DNA from: the human T2T-CHM13v2.0 reference genome, Homo sapiens
Assembly (NCBI RefSeq): GCF_009914755.1
Contig: NC_060928.1
Direction: 5' to 3' (one strand)
Length of the DNA stretch: 64,000 nucleotides
A model generated the notes under the pieces. It was given only the letters and a program-made list of their open reading frames with translations, ran no database searches and was not told where the DNA came from. Position numbers and translations under genes: made by a program. Below, in pieces: positions 41,240 to 57,868 of this stretch. Each line of letters begins with the position of its first letter. The stretch's first letter is position 1.

Positions 41240-41730
41240 CTGGGACAGATATGGCAGATTCACTCTTAGCACTGATTCTCACCTTATCTAATATACTATG
41301 GGGGCTGGAAAGCTGAAAGAGCTCTGGGAAGCTAGGATTCTGCATGTGACATATGTTTCTCCGCACAGATACATCTGCATTGTCCTCAGATGTGGAAGTG
41401 ATCAACATGATGCAGGAGCTTCTTCCACAGAACAACCAGCATGAGAGGCTTCTTCCACAGAGCAACCAGCATCACAGAGGCATCCAGTTATTCAAGGTAA
41501 CTGATTATTTTTTTATTTTTATCTTCCAGTCACTAGCATCAGAAGTTCTGAGCATGGACAGTGACACTAGTGATGTCATTAGTTGTATGTTTCTCCTGAG
41601 TTGTTCCTGCCTGTATGTTTCTTAGTTGTATAGGATCTAACTGTAGTTCTCCGGTTCCTCACTAAATCCTTTTCTGTTCAAGCTAACTCAAGTAAGTTCT
41701 ATTATTTGCATCTGAGAACCATTATTAACA
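41240..41730 (+). mobile_element. LTR33-like ERVL solo LTR
   Basis: 'ggggctggaaagctgaaa...gatgtggaagtg' and a 3' end 'taaatccttttctgttcaagctaac...ttatttgcatctgagaacc'. Confidence 0.6.
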
Positions 41731-42518
41731 CACTCCACATTGTCTCCACCCACCCATGCTCACAGCCTAGGCTGGCAGCCTGTTCTTTAATACGCTATCA
41801 TTGTACAATGCTCCTTAGCTTCCTGGGTTCTGACCTTCATATCTATTCCTACCTCCCTCTACATCATTTTTTTCTGCTGCATAAAATAGTATGAGCAAAT
41901 TCCTCTATGCCCTTAATTCCAGGGCCTAACATTGTTTTATTTCCCAAGTCACTAATTTATGTATCATGTTCTCTGTCCTTCTAGCTCATTTGACCAAACT
42001 AATCTCACTTAATGTTTTAACCACCTTGATACTTTTTCCTTATTATTTTCCTATTTTGTCTTCACTTTTTTACCTGAGTTCAATGATATGGTCCATTATT
42101 TAATAATTTTCTCTTGTTCTTCTGACTTTTTTTGCCTTCTGGGCAGCTGAACATAGCTCTAGAAAGTCATCTAAATTAACAAATTAGCACTACTATGAAT
42201 TGAAGATCCCACACCATAACTAGACCTCCCATATGGCTTGCACATTGTTCAATATTTATCTGATAAAATTGCACAACAAATATTCCATACATCCCCACGT
42301 AACCAACATCAAACATCCTTGCTACCCTTATCACTATTAGCAGGTGATCTCCAACTTGTTTTTCACAGGGCATGAAGAAACCCTTTAAAAGGAACAATCA
42401 AAATATGTTGATTTATATCGGCAAGTCAACTGGAATTTGATTCCATGCAGTTCTCCTTTCTGTATTCTTATAAAATTTTGTATTTCTGCCTGTATGTATC
42501 TTGCTCAAATAATATTTC

Positions 42519-42650
42519 AGGAAGGAAGGAAGGGAGGAAGAGAGGGATGGAGGGAGGAAGGGAAGGAGGGAGAGAGGGAGGGAGGGAGGAAAGGTTGGAA
42601 GGGAGGGAGGGAGGAAATGTTGGAAGGAAGGGAGGGAGGAAGGGAAGAAA
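42519..42650. repeat. GGAA/GGGA purine-rich low-complexity repeat
   Basis: About 130 bp of degenerate GGAA/GGGA units. Confidence 0.95.
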
Positions 42651-43696
42651 AGCTTCTACATATCTCTCCTTGCATATGTTATAAGATATTCCTAAAAGAG
42701 CTCTCCACTATTTTTGATGTCCATCTCAAGCAGAGAGCACAAATTAAGTAATTCACTACCCTCTGGCAGGATCAGGGAACTGTTAGTTTTTGTTATTTAT
42801 TCTTTCCAAGTATTTAATTAGGTAAATGATTTAAGCTTGAACAAGTGTGATCCTGTTTGCTAAAATTCTCAAGGAATTGTGGGATAATCTAGCACTTTGG
42901 CTAACAGAGTGGCAAAATACAATGAATCATGTTTCCTCAACTGCTCTCCCATATTGCAGGTGCAGACAGCACACACAGCTGAAGAGGAGTGTTTGTAATA
43001 AAAAGAAATCCTCTGTTCATTCTTAGCTGTGACAGCAGAAATTTATAGTATGAGTACTATGTCCCAATAAGCTTCATAGACAAGCTTCTGTGAAGAAGAT
43101 TGCCACTTCATAGACAATCTCCTTTTCCCAAATATGAGACACCACGAAAATCCCAATTCCCTGATAGAGGTATAACCTTCCTGGCATGTATTTGCTTTAT
43201 GTCTATTCATGTATCCTTGATAATCTTTGTGTTTCCAGGATTTTTTTTAAGTACTCAGACTTTTAAGGTTCTAGGGTGTTTTACTGACAGGACATCATTT
43301 CAGCAAACATCTTTCCAAGATATTAGAAAACAATTCTATTACCAACAGGCACATCCTATATTAGGCTATCATAAAGGAATTCCTACCTTAGAAACCCAGA
43401 TTATGGTTTACATCAAACTTTTTCATTTCTTCTATTCAGTTCTCAGGAAGTAGATTTTCAAATACTCAGTCAGGCTTATAGGAATGTCTAAATATTAGAA
43501 ATCCAGATACAATGTGTACTACATATTCTTAGATGAAGCTGTCTGGAAAACTGAAAGAGCAAGACTCCATACCTTGGATGTCTCTGGAGGATCCCCTCAT
43601 TTGACCCTACTTCAGATCATTTATTATTGTAGGTCCATGAAACCATCTTAGTTATGGCAGTCATTCTGATAATAGTCTACCGTTAGATGCTTGACT

Positions 43697-43804
43697 AAGG
43701 TGAACAACTTGTCCTAGTTTGCCCAGGGTATTTCCAGTCTTAAAACAGGAAAGTCCCATATCCTGGAGACAACCCTGGTTTATGCTGGACCATCTTCATC
43801 CCTG
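43697..43804. mobile_element. MER81-like hAT-Blackjack MITE
   Basis: 'aggtgaacaacttgtcctagtttgcccaggg...gaaagtcccatatcctgg'. Confidence 0.65.
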
Positions 43805-45289
43805 AACACCTTGGTTCTATTTTTTTTTCAGCTATTTCACTGTGTGGATAATTCAGTATCATCATTTCATTTTAGGTATACCAGGTATCCCAATTCATGT
43901 CAATTCTTTTAGGTTCTTAATTAAGGTACTTCTATCCTAATGAGCCTGTATATTACAAGACACTTAAGATGGGTTGCCAGAGAAGTGTGTGAACAATTTG
44001 TTGGAAGGGTAGGTAAGTATGGTAATGATAAGTAAGTAAGTAATGATAAGGTGCTAACCTCCCAACCTGCTGAATTGCTATACTACTCACTAAAAGAAGA
44101 ACGTTCCTATAGCATCTTTACCCAAAGTCTTCATTCCAAACCAAAAATACCATACTGGACTTGTCTATTATTACCATCCACCCAAGAGAAATTTGAGAGA
44201 CAGACAGCTTTATAATGAATTATCCAAGTCTTTGTTTCAGAAAGTCTAAGTTCCAGCCCCTCTCCTTACCCTAACCTCTTTAGCAGCAGATTCTACAGCT
44301 GGGTGTTTTATCTCATAAGTATAAACTCATCTCAGTCATATTTCCTGCTATGGGACACCTGCACACCAAATAAACCAAGATTTGGTCCAGATGTAAGTTG
44401 AGGGATGAGGGAGTACAGATAAGTCAAACTTGATAACACGTTTAAAGTCTCTGGAAATAAGTGTGCTGGTACAGAAAAGGAACAATTCATGGGTCATAAA
44501 ATTGCTTTGGAATTACTCACAATAGGCTTCTTCTTTGCTTTCCCATGTCTTCTCTTCTGGCAATCCTCATTCATTTTCTTATTTTACTTCTCTATTGACC
44601 CTATAGCTTGTTAGATCAGTTGAATAAACATCTGCCTTTCAGACTTTAAATCCAAAATCTGGTCTTGTCTCCCTCTTCAAGCACATCACCTCTAGGGTTC
44701 TATCATTGGTAAAAAGTCAGAGGAATTTCCCATTCCTCTGTTTCGTAGGCAGCCCTTACCAGAAAATTCTTAGCAACAATCAGGTAATGAGATTTTCAAA
44801 GACTATTAAGGCATCAATTATTCATTAGCAACACTATTACATGTACCTGTTAGCCATATTTTACATTCCAATTTATAAGGACAATCACAAGAGTCAAGAC
44901 AGAAATTTTCATGGCAAAAGAATTTTAAAATAATTTAACGTGAACATAAAAATGGTCACAAATTATGGTTTCCACACCCCTGTCCCTGAATTTGTTTGAT
45001 TCTACAAAACAATTTCTGTGCTATACTAATAATTTACGATCACTCATTTATCAGTATAGCATTTGTGAAAACTGTGGTGCTAAGCTCATCATTAAAAACT
45101 GAAAACTTACTCTGAATTAAAGCATATTTTCAGCATTACTATTCTCCATCTCAAATGGCAGACATAATAGTAATATCGCATCTTATTTATAACAGTTACA
45201 CCCCAGTGATTTACCTTGAAAAGATGTTGTGTGAGTATTCAGAGGTGTTTTTCCAGCCAAAGATGAAAGATGTAAGTATCCCTGGAATA

Positions 45290-47670
45290 TAGCATACTTT
45301 CATTGCACTTTACAGATACTGCATTTTTCAAAAAATGAAGGTTTGTAGCAACTTTCCTTTGAACAAATGTATCAGCGCCATTTTCCTGATAACATGTGCT
45401 CACTTTTGGTCTCTTTGTTACGTTTTGGTAATTCTCACAATATTTCAAAAGTTTTCATTATTATTATATCTGTTGTGATTACCTGTGTTCAATGATATTT
45501 GATGTTACTATTGTAATTATTTTGGGGTACCAAGAACTGTGACCATATAAGACAGTGAATGCAATTGATAAATGTTGTGTGTGTTCTGACTGCTCCACCG
45601 ACTGGCTGTTCCCTGGCTCTCCCTCTCCTCAGGTCTGTTTATTCCGTGAAATACAACAATATTGAAATTAGGCCAATAAATAACCCTAAAATGGACTGTA
45701 AGTATTGAAGTGAAAGGAAGAGTCACACATCTCTCACTTTAAATGAAAAGATGAAAAGCTAGAAATTATTAACCTTAGTGAGTAAGGCATGTTGAAAGCT
45801 GAGATAGGGAAAAAGCTAGGCTTCTTGTGCCAGTTAGCCAAGATGTGAATGCAAAGAAAAAGTTCTTGAAGGAAATTAAAAGTGCTATTTCAATGAACAC
45901 ATGAGTAATAGGAAAGTGAAACAGCCTTATTGCTGATATGGAGAAAGTTTTAAAGATCTGAATAGAAGATCTAATCAGCCACAACATTCCCTTAAGCCAA
46001 AGCCTGATCCAGAGCAAAGTCTTAACACTCTTCAATTTTATGAAGGCTGAGAGAGGTGAAGAGGCTGCAGAAGACAAACTTGGAAGCCAGCAGAGGTTGG
46101 TTCATGGGGTTTAAAGAAAGAAGCTATCTCTATAACATAAAAGTGCAAGGTTAAACAGCAAGTGCTGAGGTAGAAACTGCAGCAAATTATCCAGAAAATC
46201 ATAGGTAAGATGATTGTGAATGTGACTACACTAAACAACAGATTTTCAGTGTAGATCAAACAGCCTTCTATTGGAAGAAGATACCATCTAGAACTTTCAT
46301 AGCTAGAGAGATCAAGGCCTGGCTGAAAACTTTCAAAAGACAGGCTGACTCTCTTGTTAGAGGGTAAGATAGCTGGTGACTTCAAGTTGAAGCCAATGCT
46401 CACTTACAATTCTAAAAATCCTAGGGCTCTAAAGAATTATGATAAATCTACTCTGTCTATGCTCAACAAATGGAAGAACAAAGCCTGGATGACAGCACAT
46501 CTGTTAATAGCATGGTTTACTGGATAGTTTAAGACCACTTTCAAGACCTACTGCTCACAATAATAAGTTCTTTTCAAAATATTACTGCTCATTGACAATG
46601 TACCTAGTCACCCAAGAGCTCTGATGGAGAGGTAAAAAGAGATAAGCGTTGTTTTCATGCCTGCTAACGCAACAACCATTCTGCAGCCCATGGATAAAAG
46701 AACAATTTCAAGTTTCAATTCTTGATATTTAAGAAATACATTTCAGAAGGCCATAGCTGCCACAGATAGTGATTCCTCTGATGGATCTGGGAGAAGTCAG
46801 TTGAAAACCAGGAAGGGATTCACCAGTCTAGATACCCTTAAGAACATAAGTGATTCATGAGAGGAGGTCAAAATATTACCATTAACTGGAGATTGGAAGA
46901 AGTTTATTCTAATGCTCATAGATGACTTTCAGGGGTTCATGACATCAGTGCAGGCATTAATTTCAGATTTGGCCAAAATAGCAAGATAACTAGAATTAGA
47001 AGTGAAGCCTGAAGTTGTGAATGAATTGCTGCAATTTCATGACAAAACTTGAAGAGAATGAGGTGATTTTCCTTATGGAAGAGCAAAGAAAGTGGCTTCT
47101 TTGAGATAGAATCCACCAGTGGTGAAGATGCTATGAACACTTTGAAATGACAACAAACGATTTAGAATATTACATACACTTAGTTGATAAAGCAGTGTCA
47201 AGGTTTGAGACAGGTTTTGAAAGTTCTACTTTGGGTAAAATGCTATCAAATGGCATCAGAGGCTACAGAGAAATCTTTCATGAAAGGAAGAGTCAATCAA
47301 TGTGGCAAATCTCATTGTTGTCTTGTTTTAAGAAATTGCCAGACACCCCAACCTTGAGGAACCATCTCCACCCTAATCAGTCAGCAGCCAGCCACATTGA
47401 GGCAAGACCCTCCATCAGCATAAGGATTATAACTTGCTAAAGGCTCAGAAGATACTTAGCATTTTTCAGCAATAAAATGTATTTGAATTAAGGTATATAA
47501 ATTTTTTAGACATAGTGCTATTGAATTAATAGACTACCGTATACTGTAAAATAATTTTTATGTGCACTGAGAAAGAAAAAAAGATATATTTGTGTAACAC
47601 ACTTTATTGCCTTTTTGGCTTTATTTCAGTGGCCTGGAAACGAATCTGCAATATATCCCAGGTATGCCTG
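45290..47670 (+). mobile_element. Near-full-length Tigger1 (TcMar-Tigger) with a disrupted transposase
   Basis: About 2.38 kb. The 5' part reads 'gaaggtttgtagcaac...gcgccattttcc', and pogo transposase remnants are present ('ttactgctcattgacaatg', 'ctgcagcccatggat'). The 3' terminal inverted repeat (TIR) 'ggtatgcctg' is followed by TA. Confidence 0.95.
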
Positions 47671-47828
47671 TATGTGTAACTTGCCCATAGAAGGAAAATT
47701 CCTTGTTAATATGGCTTCCTTCTTGAAGGTTAAAAGGGCAGCCAACTTTAGCAAGTGGAGAGCAAATGATGAGACACTGCACGTAGCAGTGCCAGTAGTA
47801 TTGCCAGGCATTGTTATAAATGCTTTAT

Positions 47829-48151
47829 GCGGTTGGCCTTTCATATACATTTGTTCCACACCTGTAGATTCAACCAACCTCCGATTTTAAATATTAGAAA
47901 AAAAAATAAAAAGTAACCGTACTATAATAATTAATACAAATAAAAAATACATATGACCACAATTTACATAGCATTTACATTGAATTAGGTATTATAAGTA
48001 ATCAAGAGATTATTTAAAGTACACAGGAGAATGTGTGTAGGTTATAAGTAAAAACTATGCCATTTTGCATAGGGGACTTGAGCATCTGTGGATTTTGATA
48101 TCTGCAGGGGGGTCCTGGACCCAATCTCCCATAAATATCAAAGGATGACTA
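47829..48151 (-). mobile_element. MER2 (TcMar-Tigger MITE)
   Basis: 'tacatagcatttacattgaattaggtattataagtaatc...gggacttgagcatctgtggattttgatatc...ggatgact'. Confidence 0.88.
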
Positions 48152-48157
48152 GGTATT

Positions 48158-48343
48158 AGTTTATTTCATCCTTTCAACCATCCTGTGGAATATACATACT
48201 ATTATTATTCCCCATTTAAAGATGAGGGCAGGGAGACAGATGTTCAACATTTGCTCAACTACACACAACTAGGATGTGGAGAAACCCGGCCTCAATAGCA
48301 GGCAGTCTGTCTCCAGTGTTCTTACACTGAACCTCTGTGCTAT
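48158..48343 (-). mobile_element. MIR
   Basis: 'attattattccccatttaaagatgagg...acacacaactagg...ggcagtctgtctccag'. Confidence 0.8.
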
Positions 48344-49041
48344 AGGCAGCGCCTACGTGTTGCTCAGAAAGGGGTGGGCAAGTTGTGTTTCCAGAATCTA
48401 AAAGAAGTAGCCGTCAAGCGTCCAGGAGTAAAGCAAGGGAAATTGAATGACACTCCAAATTTGTGATGCTGTAAATTCATGAGTAAATTCTGACTCTGCA
48501 TATGGGACATGTTCTCCTCCTGGGAGGTGACAGAATAGGGACAGAGAAAATGAACTTTAGACAAGGGCTGCAGTGACTATGCTGGTGCTCTCCTTTGTGG
48601 TGAGTGCAGAAGAAAAAAACATTTAAATTCCCCTGATCTAAAGGTAAATGTAGGGCTCCTTAATTGTGGGATGGTTGTATGTGTATAATTTTGCCAGGCT
48701 CAGAGATTAAGCTCTAATGGGCTTGGATGGAGAATTGGACAACAACACTTTCTAGTGTGCTTTTGGCAGATGAACTTCTTTCAGAAAATGTTTAGGATTT
48801 TGTTATTATAACTGACAAAATATTTATCAACAAGAAAAAGGTTCTCAAGTATATCCCATAAGTTGTTAAGGTTCAGAATATCTATGAAAAATAATTCATA
48901 TTCAATCCATACGATAATTTGGAAATTAACAAACTTCTCTATATGGTAGAGATTCCACAGTGCATTCTGGATTGGAGGAGATAATGTGGACCCCCAAAAA
49001 CAAATAACCACTGGTGAAGAAGAATTGAGAGTAATCCAGAG

Positions 49042-49385
49042 AAGTGGTCCCAAACTTTTTTGGCACCAGGGACCAGTTTCATAGAAGACAATTTTTCCAT
49101 GGAAGGATGGGGGTGGGGTGGGGGGTGGGCACAGTTTCAGGATGAAACTGTTCCACCTCATATCACCAGGCATTACATTCTCATAAGGAGCACGCAGCCT
49201 AGATCCCTCACATGTGCAGTTCACAATAGGGTTTGTGCTCATCTAATGCCGCTGCTGATCTGACAGAAGGTGGAGCTCAGGCAGTAATGACCCCTTGCCC
49301 ACCGCTCACTTCCTGCTATGTGGCCCAGTTCCTAACATGCCACGGACCAGTACCAGTCCATGGCCTGGGGCTTGAGGACCCCTGA
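49042..49385. mobile_element. MER1B hAT-Charlie element
   Basis: 'tttttggcaccagggaccagtttcatagaagacaatttttcca...gaggacccctg', with a partial 8-bp TSD atccagag/atccaagc. Confidence 0.92.
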
Positions 49386-49514
49386 TCCAAGCTGGCTGTG
49401 ACCTCTCAGCACAGTCACACCTGCAAGACTTGTGTGTCTGGGAGAGCCAAAGATGAGACATAGGTGAAAAATGCTATTACTATCCCAATAGCACTGAAAA
49501 TTTTATTTTAAAGT

Positions 49515-49720
49515 GGCACTGCTCAATAATAGCCACAGGCCACATTTTTGCTACTTAAATTTAAATAAATAAAACTTGAATAAAATTTTAAAAGTTAGTT
49601 TCTCAGTGTCAGTAGCCACATTTCAACTGCTCGAGAGCTCCATGTGGCCAGTCCCCACCACATTGCCAGCACAGGTAAACATTCCCATTATTGCAGAATA
49701 TCCTATTGCACAATATTACT
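49515..49720. mobile_element. MER3 hAT-Charlie MITE
   Basis: 'tagccacatttcaactgctc...catgtggc...cattcccattattgcagaa'. Confidence 0.8.
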
Positions 49721-50139
49721 TAAAGAATAATGACTTGTTCACTACATGAAAGAGAACAGGACTGGGGTTACTAGGGGAGGTCAGTACTGACTGAGCAACT
49801 GCATTCAATGAAACCAAAGAAAGAAAGCATCACAAACTAGAAGCAGAAGATTGCAGAGCAGCACCATTTATTCTATGTGGCCCAGTATCTGGTAATCAAG
49901 TGCGCAGTGGCTTCAAGGTATGTCCTGGGAAATTTCTGTGATAGGACCTGTTTACCCTCATAACAAGCAAAGCCTGGAAAGTCTCAGAGATAGACAGAAA
50001 GACAGCTAGATAGTTGTAGATAGGGAATTACCAATGCATGAAGCTCTCCGATGTGACAAATAATAGAAGTAGGCTATTACAATGATTAACTTATTCTGAG
50101 TTACACAAATTTACATATTACACATGGATTACACGTTTT

Positions 50140-52280
<2,141 letters not shown>

Positions 52281-52281
52281 G

Positions 52282-53745
<1,464 letters not shown>

Positions 53746-54349
53746 TCATTACCATTAAAAAAAAGTGTATTAATTTTTCTTCGGTTTTTATTTATATTGA
53801 GATCTTGATATTTCTTAGGCTTTTTTCCCTTTTACATTTATTCAATTTTAATTCAGTTATACCTTATTTACACAATTTACTTATTTTATACATCTTAAGT
53901 TTAAGGTGAAAAAATGTAATATGATAAACAGAGCTTTCTTAATATTAAGAATCACAATACACTGAAAAAACTTTAAAAGAGTTACAAGAATAAGTTGAAG
54001 ACTATATTTCAATACATAATTTTTTAAAAGACTAACATACAAAATATATAAAACTAAAAGAAGAAAAAGTCATCCAAATTTACAAAAAAGAGTGGGCAAA
54101 TTCAAATACAAAATAAGGACAGCAAAATACTTCCAGTACCCCTGAGTGTTCCCTGTGCTTGCTATAAATCAATACCCTGAAAGACATCACACTTTTACTT
54201 CTATCAACATAGATTAGTTCTACCTATTTTTGAACTTAACATAAGCGGAATCATCAGATTGTCCTCTTTTTGTCTCTGTATTCTTTCTTTCGGCATTGGG
54301 TTTCTGATGGCTGCATAGTCACTCATAACCACTAATGGGACTATTGAGA

Positions 54350-55020
54350 ATGCTTAGTTCTCTTTGTTCTCCTGTAGTCCTCTTTGTCTCTTTTCTTTGA
54401 GTGCGTTGGAAATTTACTGTTTACTTTTGGTGTATCTGGGTGTGAATACATATGTGTGTGGGAGAGTGGGGGTATTTATCTTCTTTGAGTATTATGAATC
54501 TGTGATTTGACATCTTTCATTGCTTTCCAAAAATTTTCAGCTGTTTTCTTTTCAAATATTTCTTCTGTCCCATTCTCTCTTTCTACTCCTTCTGGAACTA
54601 TACTCATGGTATATTAGACCATTGATATTGTCCCCCAGCTCTTGGCTGTTCAGGTCATTTTTTTACCTTCTTTTACCATCTTTCTTTGTTAGTTTGAATG
54701 ACTACTATTAACTATTTTTGACATCACTGATATTTTATTGAAGGAATTCTTAATTTCTGATATTATTATTTTTATTTCTTGCTTTTTCCATTTGACAATT
54801 GCTTATAGTTTCCATTTTCTGTTTATAATCTTCTTTTCAATATATGTGATTTTCCTTCCTTCCAAATATTCTACTTAGTTGTTTAATTAAAAAAAAAGTC
54901 TATGTTTGTGTTAGTGTGTGTGTGTGTACATTTCTACTGCTCCTGTGTTTCCTCAATTACTCCTATTTTTATTGAAGTTTTCACCTCATTCCTCTATGAG
55001 CTGTATATCAGTTTTGCATC
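54350..55020 (-). mobile_element. Ancient L1 ORF1-region fragment
   Basis: 'aaaattttcagctgttttcttttcaaatatttcttctgtcccattctctct' is an antisense ORF1 motif. Confidence 0.6.
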
Positions 55021-55050
55021 TTGTGACTGAACTTCCTTTGTTGGCCTATC

Positions 55051-55603
55051 TATGGTAGGTTGAATAATGTCCCGCAAAGATATCCACATCCTAATCCCAG
55101 GGATCTGTGAATGTTGCCTTACATGCAAAAGAGACTTTGCATATATGATTAAGTTCAAGATCCTGTGTCATCTGAGTATGCCTGATGATTAGTAACGTTC
55201 CTTATATGAAGGATGCAGGAGGAGTTAGTCAGGGATGGTGATGTGACAATAGAAGCATAGGGAGAGAAGGTGGTGTGAGAACAGAAGCAGAGGTTGGAAT
55301 GGAAGGGAGAGAGGGAGAGACAGAAAGAGAAAGAGAGACTAGTGGGTGCTCCATGTCTGGTTTTGAAAATGGAGGAGGATGTCATGAGTCAAAAAACGCA
55401 GGTGGCATCAAGAAGTTGGAAAGAGCAAGGAAACAGATTCTACCCTAGAGGCTCTGGAAGTGTAGCTCTGCTCTCCTCTTGGTTTTAGCCCTCTAAGAGC
55501 CATTTCAGACTTCTAAGTTTTAGAACCATAAAAGGATAACATTGGGTTGTTTTACCATATAGTTCGTGGTAATTTGTTCCAGAAGCCATAGGAAACTGAT
55601 ACA
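55051..55603 (+). mobile_element. MLT1D-like solo LTR
   Basis: 'tggtaggttgaataatgtccc...atctgtgaatgttgccttacatg...ggaaacagattctaccctagag...taggaaactgataca'. Confidence 0.88.
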
Positions 55604-56169
55604 CAGCCTTTTAAACATGCAGCAATTTTCTTTTTTTCTCTAGGCATGGGGGCTTAGGTGTGGATATGTATTTACACTGAGGGTCAACAGTCACAAAGGT
55701 AATAAAGAATGATGTGAAGTAGGTAAGACATCAATCCATGTTTGGGACAACTGATGAAAGGGGCTCTGCATGTGCCCTCTGTACATCCTCAGTCTCAAGT
55801 GATATAGTAATCTGCCCATGGTTCCACTATTTTTTATTTTCTTGATAATAGGAGAAGCTCAACATGCTAACCTGGGGCCAATACTGATCTTCCCTGTGGG
55901 TTTTTGAAAGTCTCTACTGTATAAAACCCGCCAATAATCTGCAAATTACTAGGTGTTGACCTTGATCTTTGATTCAGTTCTTCACATGTTTGCCCAACTG
56001 TCAGGAGAAGCTGCCTTAAGCCAGTTTTCTTTTGGGATCCCCATAATATTCCAGACCTCATTTCAGAGGGTTATGCATTACTTGTAGCAGCTCAGAAGAA
56101 GCAAATTACTTGGAATTGGGATTAGAAGAGAAGCAATATTTGTTTTTGTAGTAAAGCAAATTTTAATGT

Positions 56170-56850
56170 TGATAAAATGATAAAATAATAATTAAATTAG
56201 GAAATAATACGATGTGTATAGAAAGTCAGATCAATTTAACCAACCAGAAATCCAGAAGCAGGCAAAATTCATAAGACAATTTAAGGGACACTTCAAACCA
56301 GTGGGAAAATTCTAGGGGGAAAAATAAGTTTGATCCTTAATGCCACCTTGTACCATAAAAACTAAATATTTGAATATAAAAGAAATGAATCTTACAAAAG
56401 GTGACAGGAATTTTGGGAAAATAATATAAAATGTTAGGGCAAAGAAAGGTTCTCTATGTGTAATACAATATTCGAAGGCCGGAAAAGAAAACAACGATAA
56501 GTTTGACTAGGTTTTTAATAACAAACATGCAAGGCAAAGAAGTCACCATAATCCAAGTCTAATATATAAAAAGCTTCCACATATTACTAGGAAGAAACTA
56601 ACAGTATAACCAAAAAAATGAGCAATGGATATGAAATGACAGCTCACAATATAAGCACCACAAATGAACTTTAAATGATGAAAAATGAACAAGCTAACGC
56701 TAATAAAATACATTAATATTAAATTATAATAAATATCCTTTTTACCTGTTAGATTGTCAATGATTTTTTAAAAGTTGGTAATGCCTGTTTTGGCTACTGT
56801 ATGTAGCACAGTCATTCTCAACATCTCTGATGGGTTTCCAAATGTGTGAT
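56170..56850 (+). mobile_element. Ancient L1ME-like fragment
   Basis: Decayed ORF2 3' motifs 'aagtttgatcc...taccataaaaactaaat', 'atgagcaatggatatgaa'. Confidence 0.5.
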
Positions 56851-57825
56851 GCCAATAGTTAGGAAGTTAAGATGTATTCATCTTTGTATTTACAGTGTTC
56901 AAAGCATTTCATAACACAATACAAGCATAATTTATGCTTAAATAATGAACAAATTCGACTAGAAATCATCTTGCTAAGAATGTTTACTATCCTTTATTTA
57001 CTAAGGGAGAAACTATTGTACACTTATAGAAAATTAATGAACAATTGAAACAATAGCTATGCCAATTAACTCAATCAAAAATTTAATTAATTATACACAG
57101 CTATTCTGGAGAATTCTAGCTAATCCAGACACTACTGTAGCTACCCTTTTGTTTTGGAGAAATATCGCATCAAATTACTTCAATGCAAAATGTAATTTTT
57201 GTAATTATTCATTATTCTGACAAAGTGATTTTGTTTTCTTCAATGTAGACATTTTTTCTGCTAGCCATGCATCTTCAGAATTGCACAGATAGTCACACCC
57301 ACCATCAGCAAGGCATACCAACTAACAAATAGATTATAAACAATGCAGTGTGGACAGCATACTACAAATTTATTGGAAACTGTAATTATTTATTTACTTG
57401 AAGAAAGTCTTCTCTTTTCATGATCACCATTGAAACTCCAGTAAATTATACCAGTAAATAATATCTGAAATTCTCAAGTATTTAAAAAGTCAATATACTG
57501 ACATGTCTGTAGAACAGAATTTTAATCAATATTACAGTATATTAATACATATAATTAAGTGTTGTTAAAAGATACTTTTTCACGAGATGAGCATATAAAA
57601 ATAATCAAGTAAAAACTTAAATTCTTGGACTAACAAGTGGATGAATTTAATAAAAAAAACTTTTGAAAATATTTTACTTTTCAAATTTTTTTCTTCACTG
57701 TGAACATTAGTTTCAATTAAAGTTTCGAATATATATTATAAAAACACAATAAGGGAAGATTATGAATTTCTACAATTTTAATAACCTTGTAAAAATATCT
57801 TTCCAATATAAAGTCCAACCTTCAA

Positions 57826-57868
57826 TTATATATATATGTGTATATATATATACACACATATATATATC
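57826..57868. repeat. (TA)n/(CA)n microsatellite
   Basis: Directly visible in the sequence. Confidence 0.9.

Noticed and set aside
42437-42751. G/E/R-rich ORFs
   Set aside because: They are translations of the GGAA/GGGA low-complexity repeat.
48781-49242. 153-aa minus-strand ORF
   Set aside because: It begins inside MER1B and runs into AT-rich sequence, with no recognisable domain.
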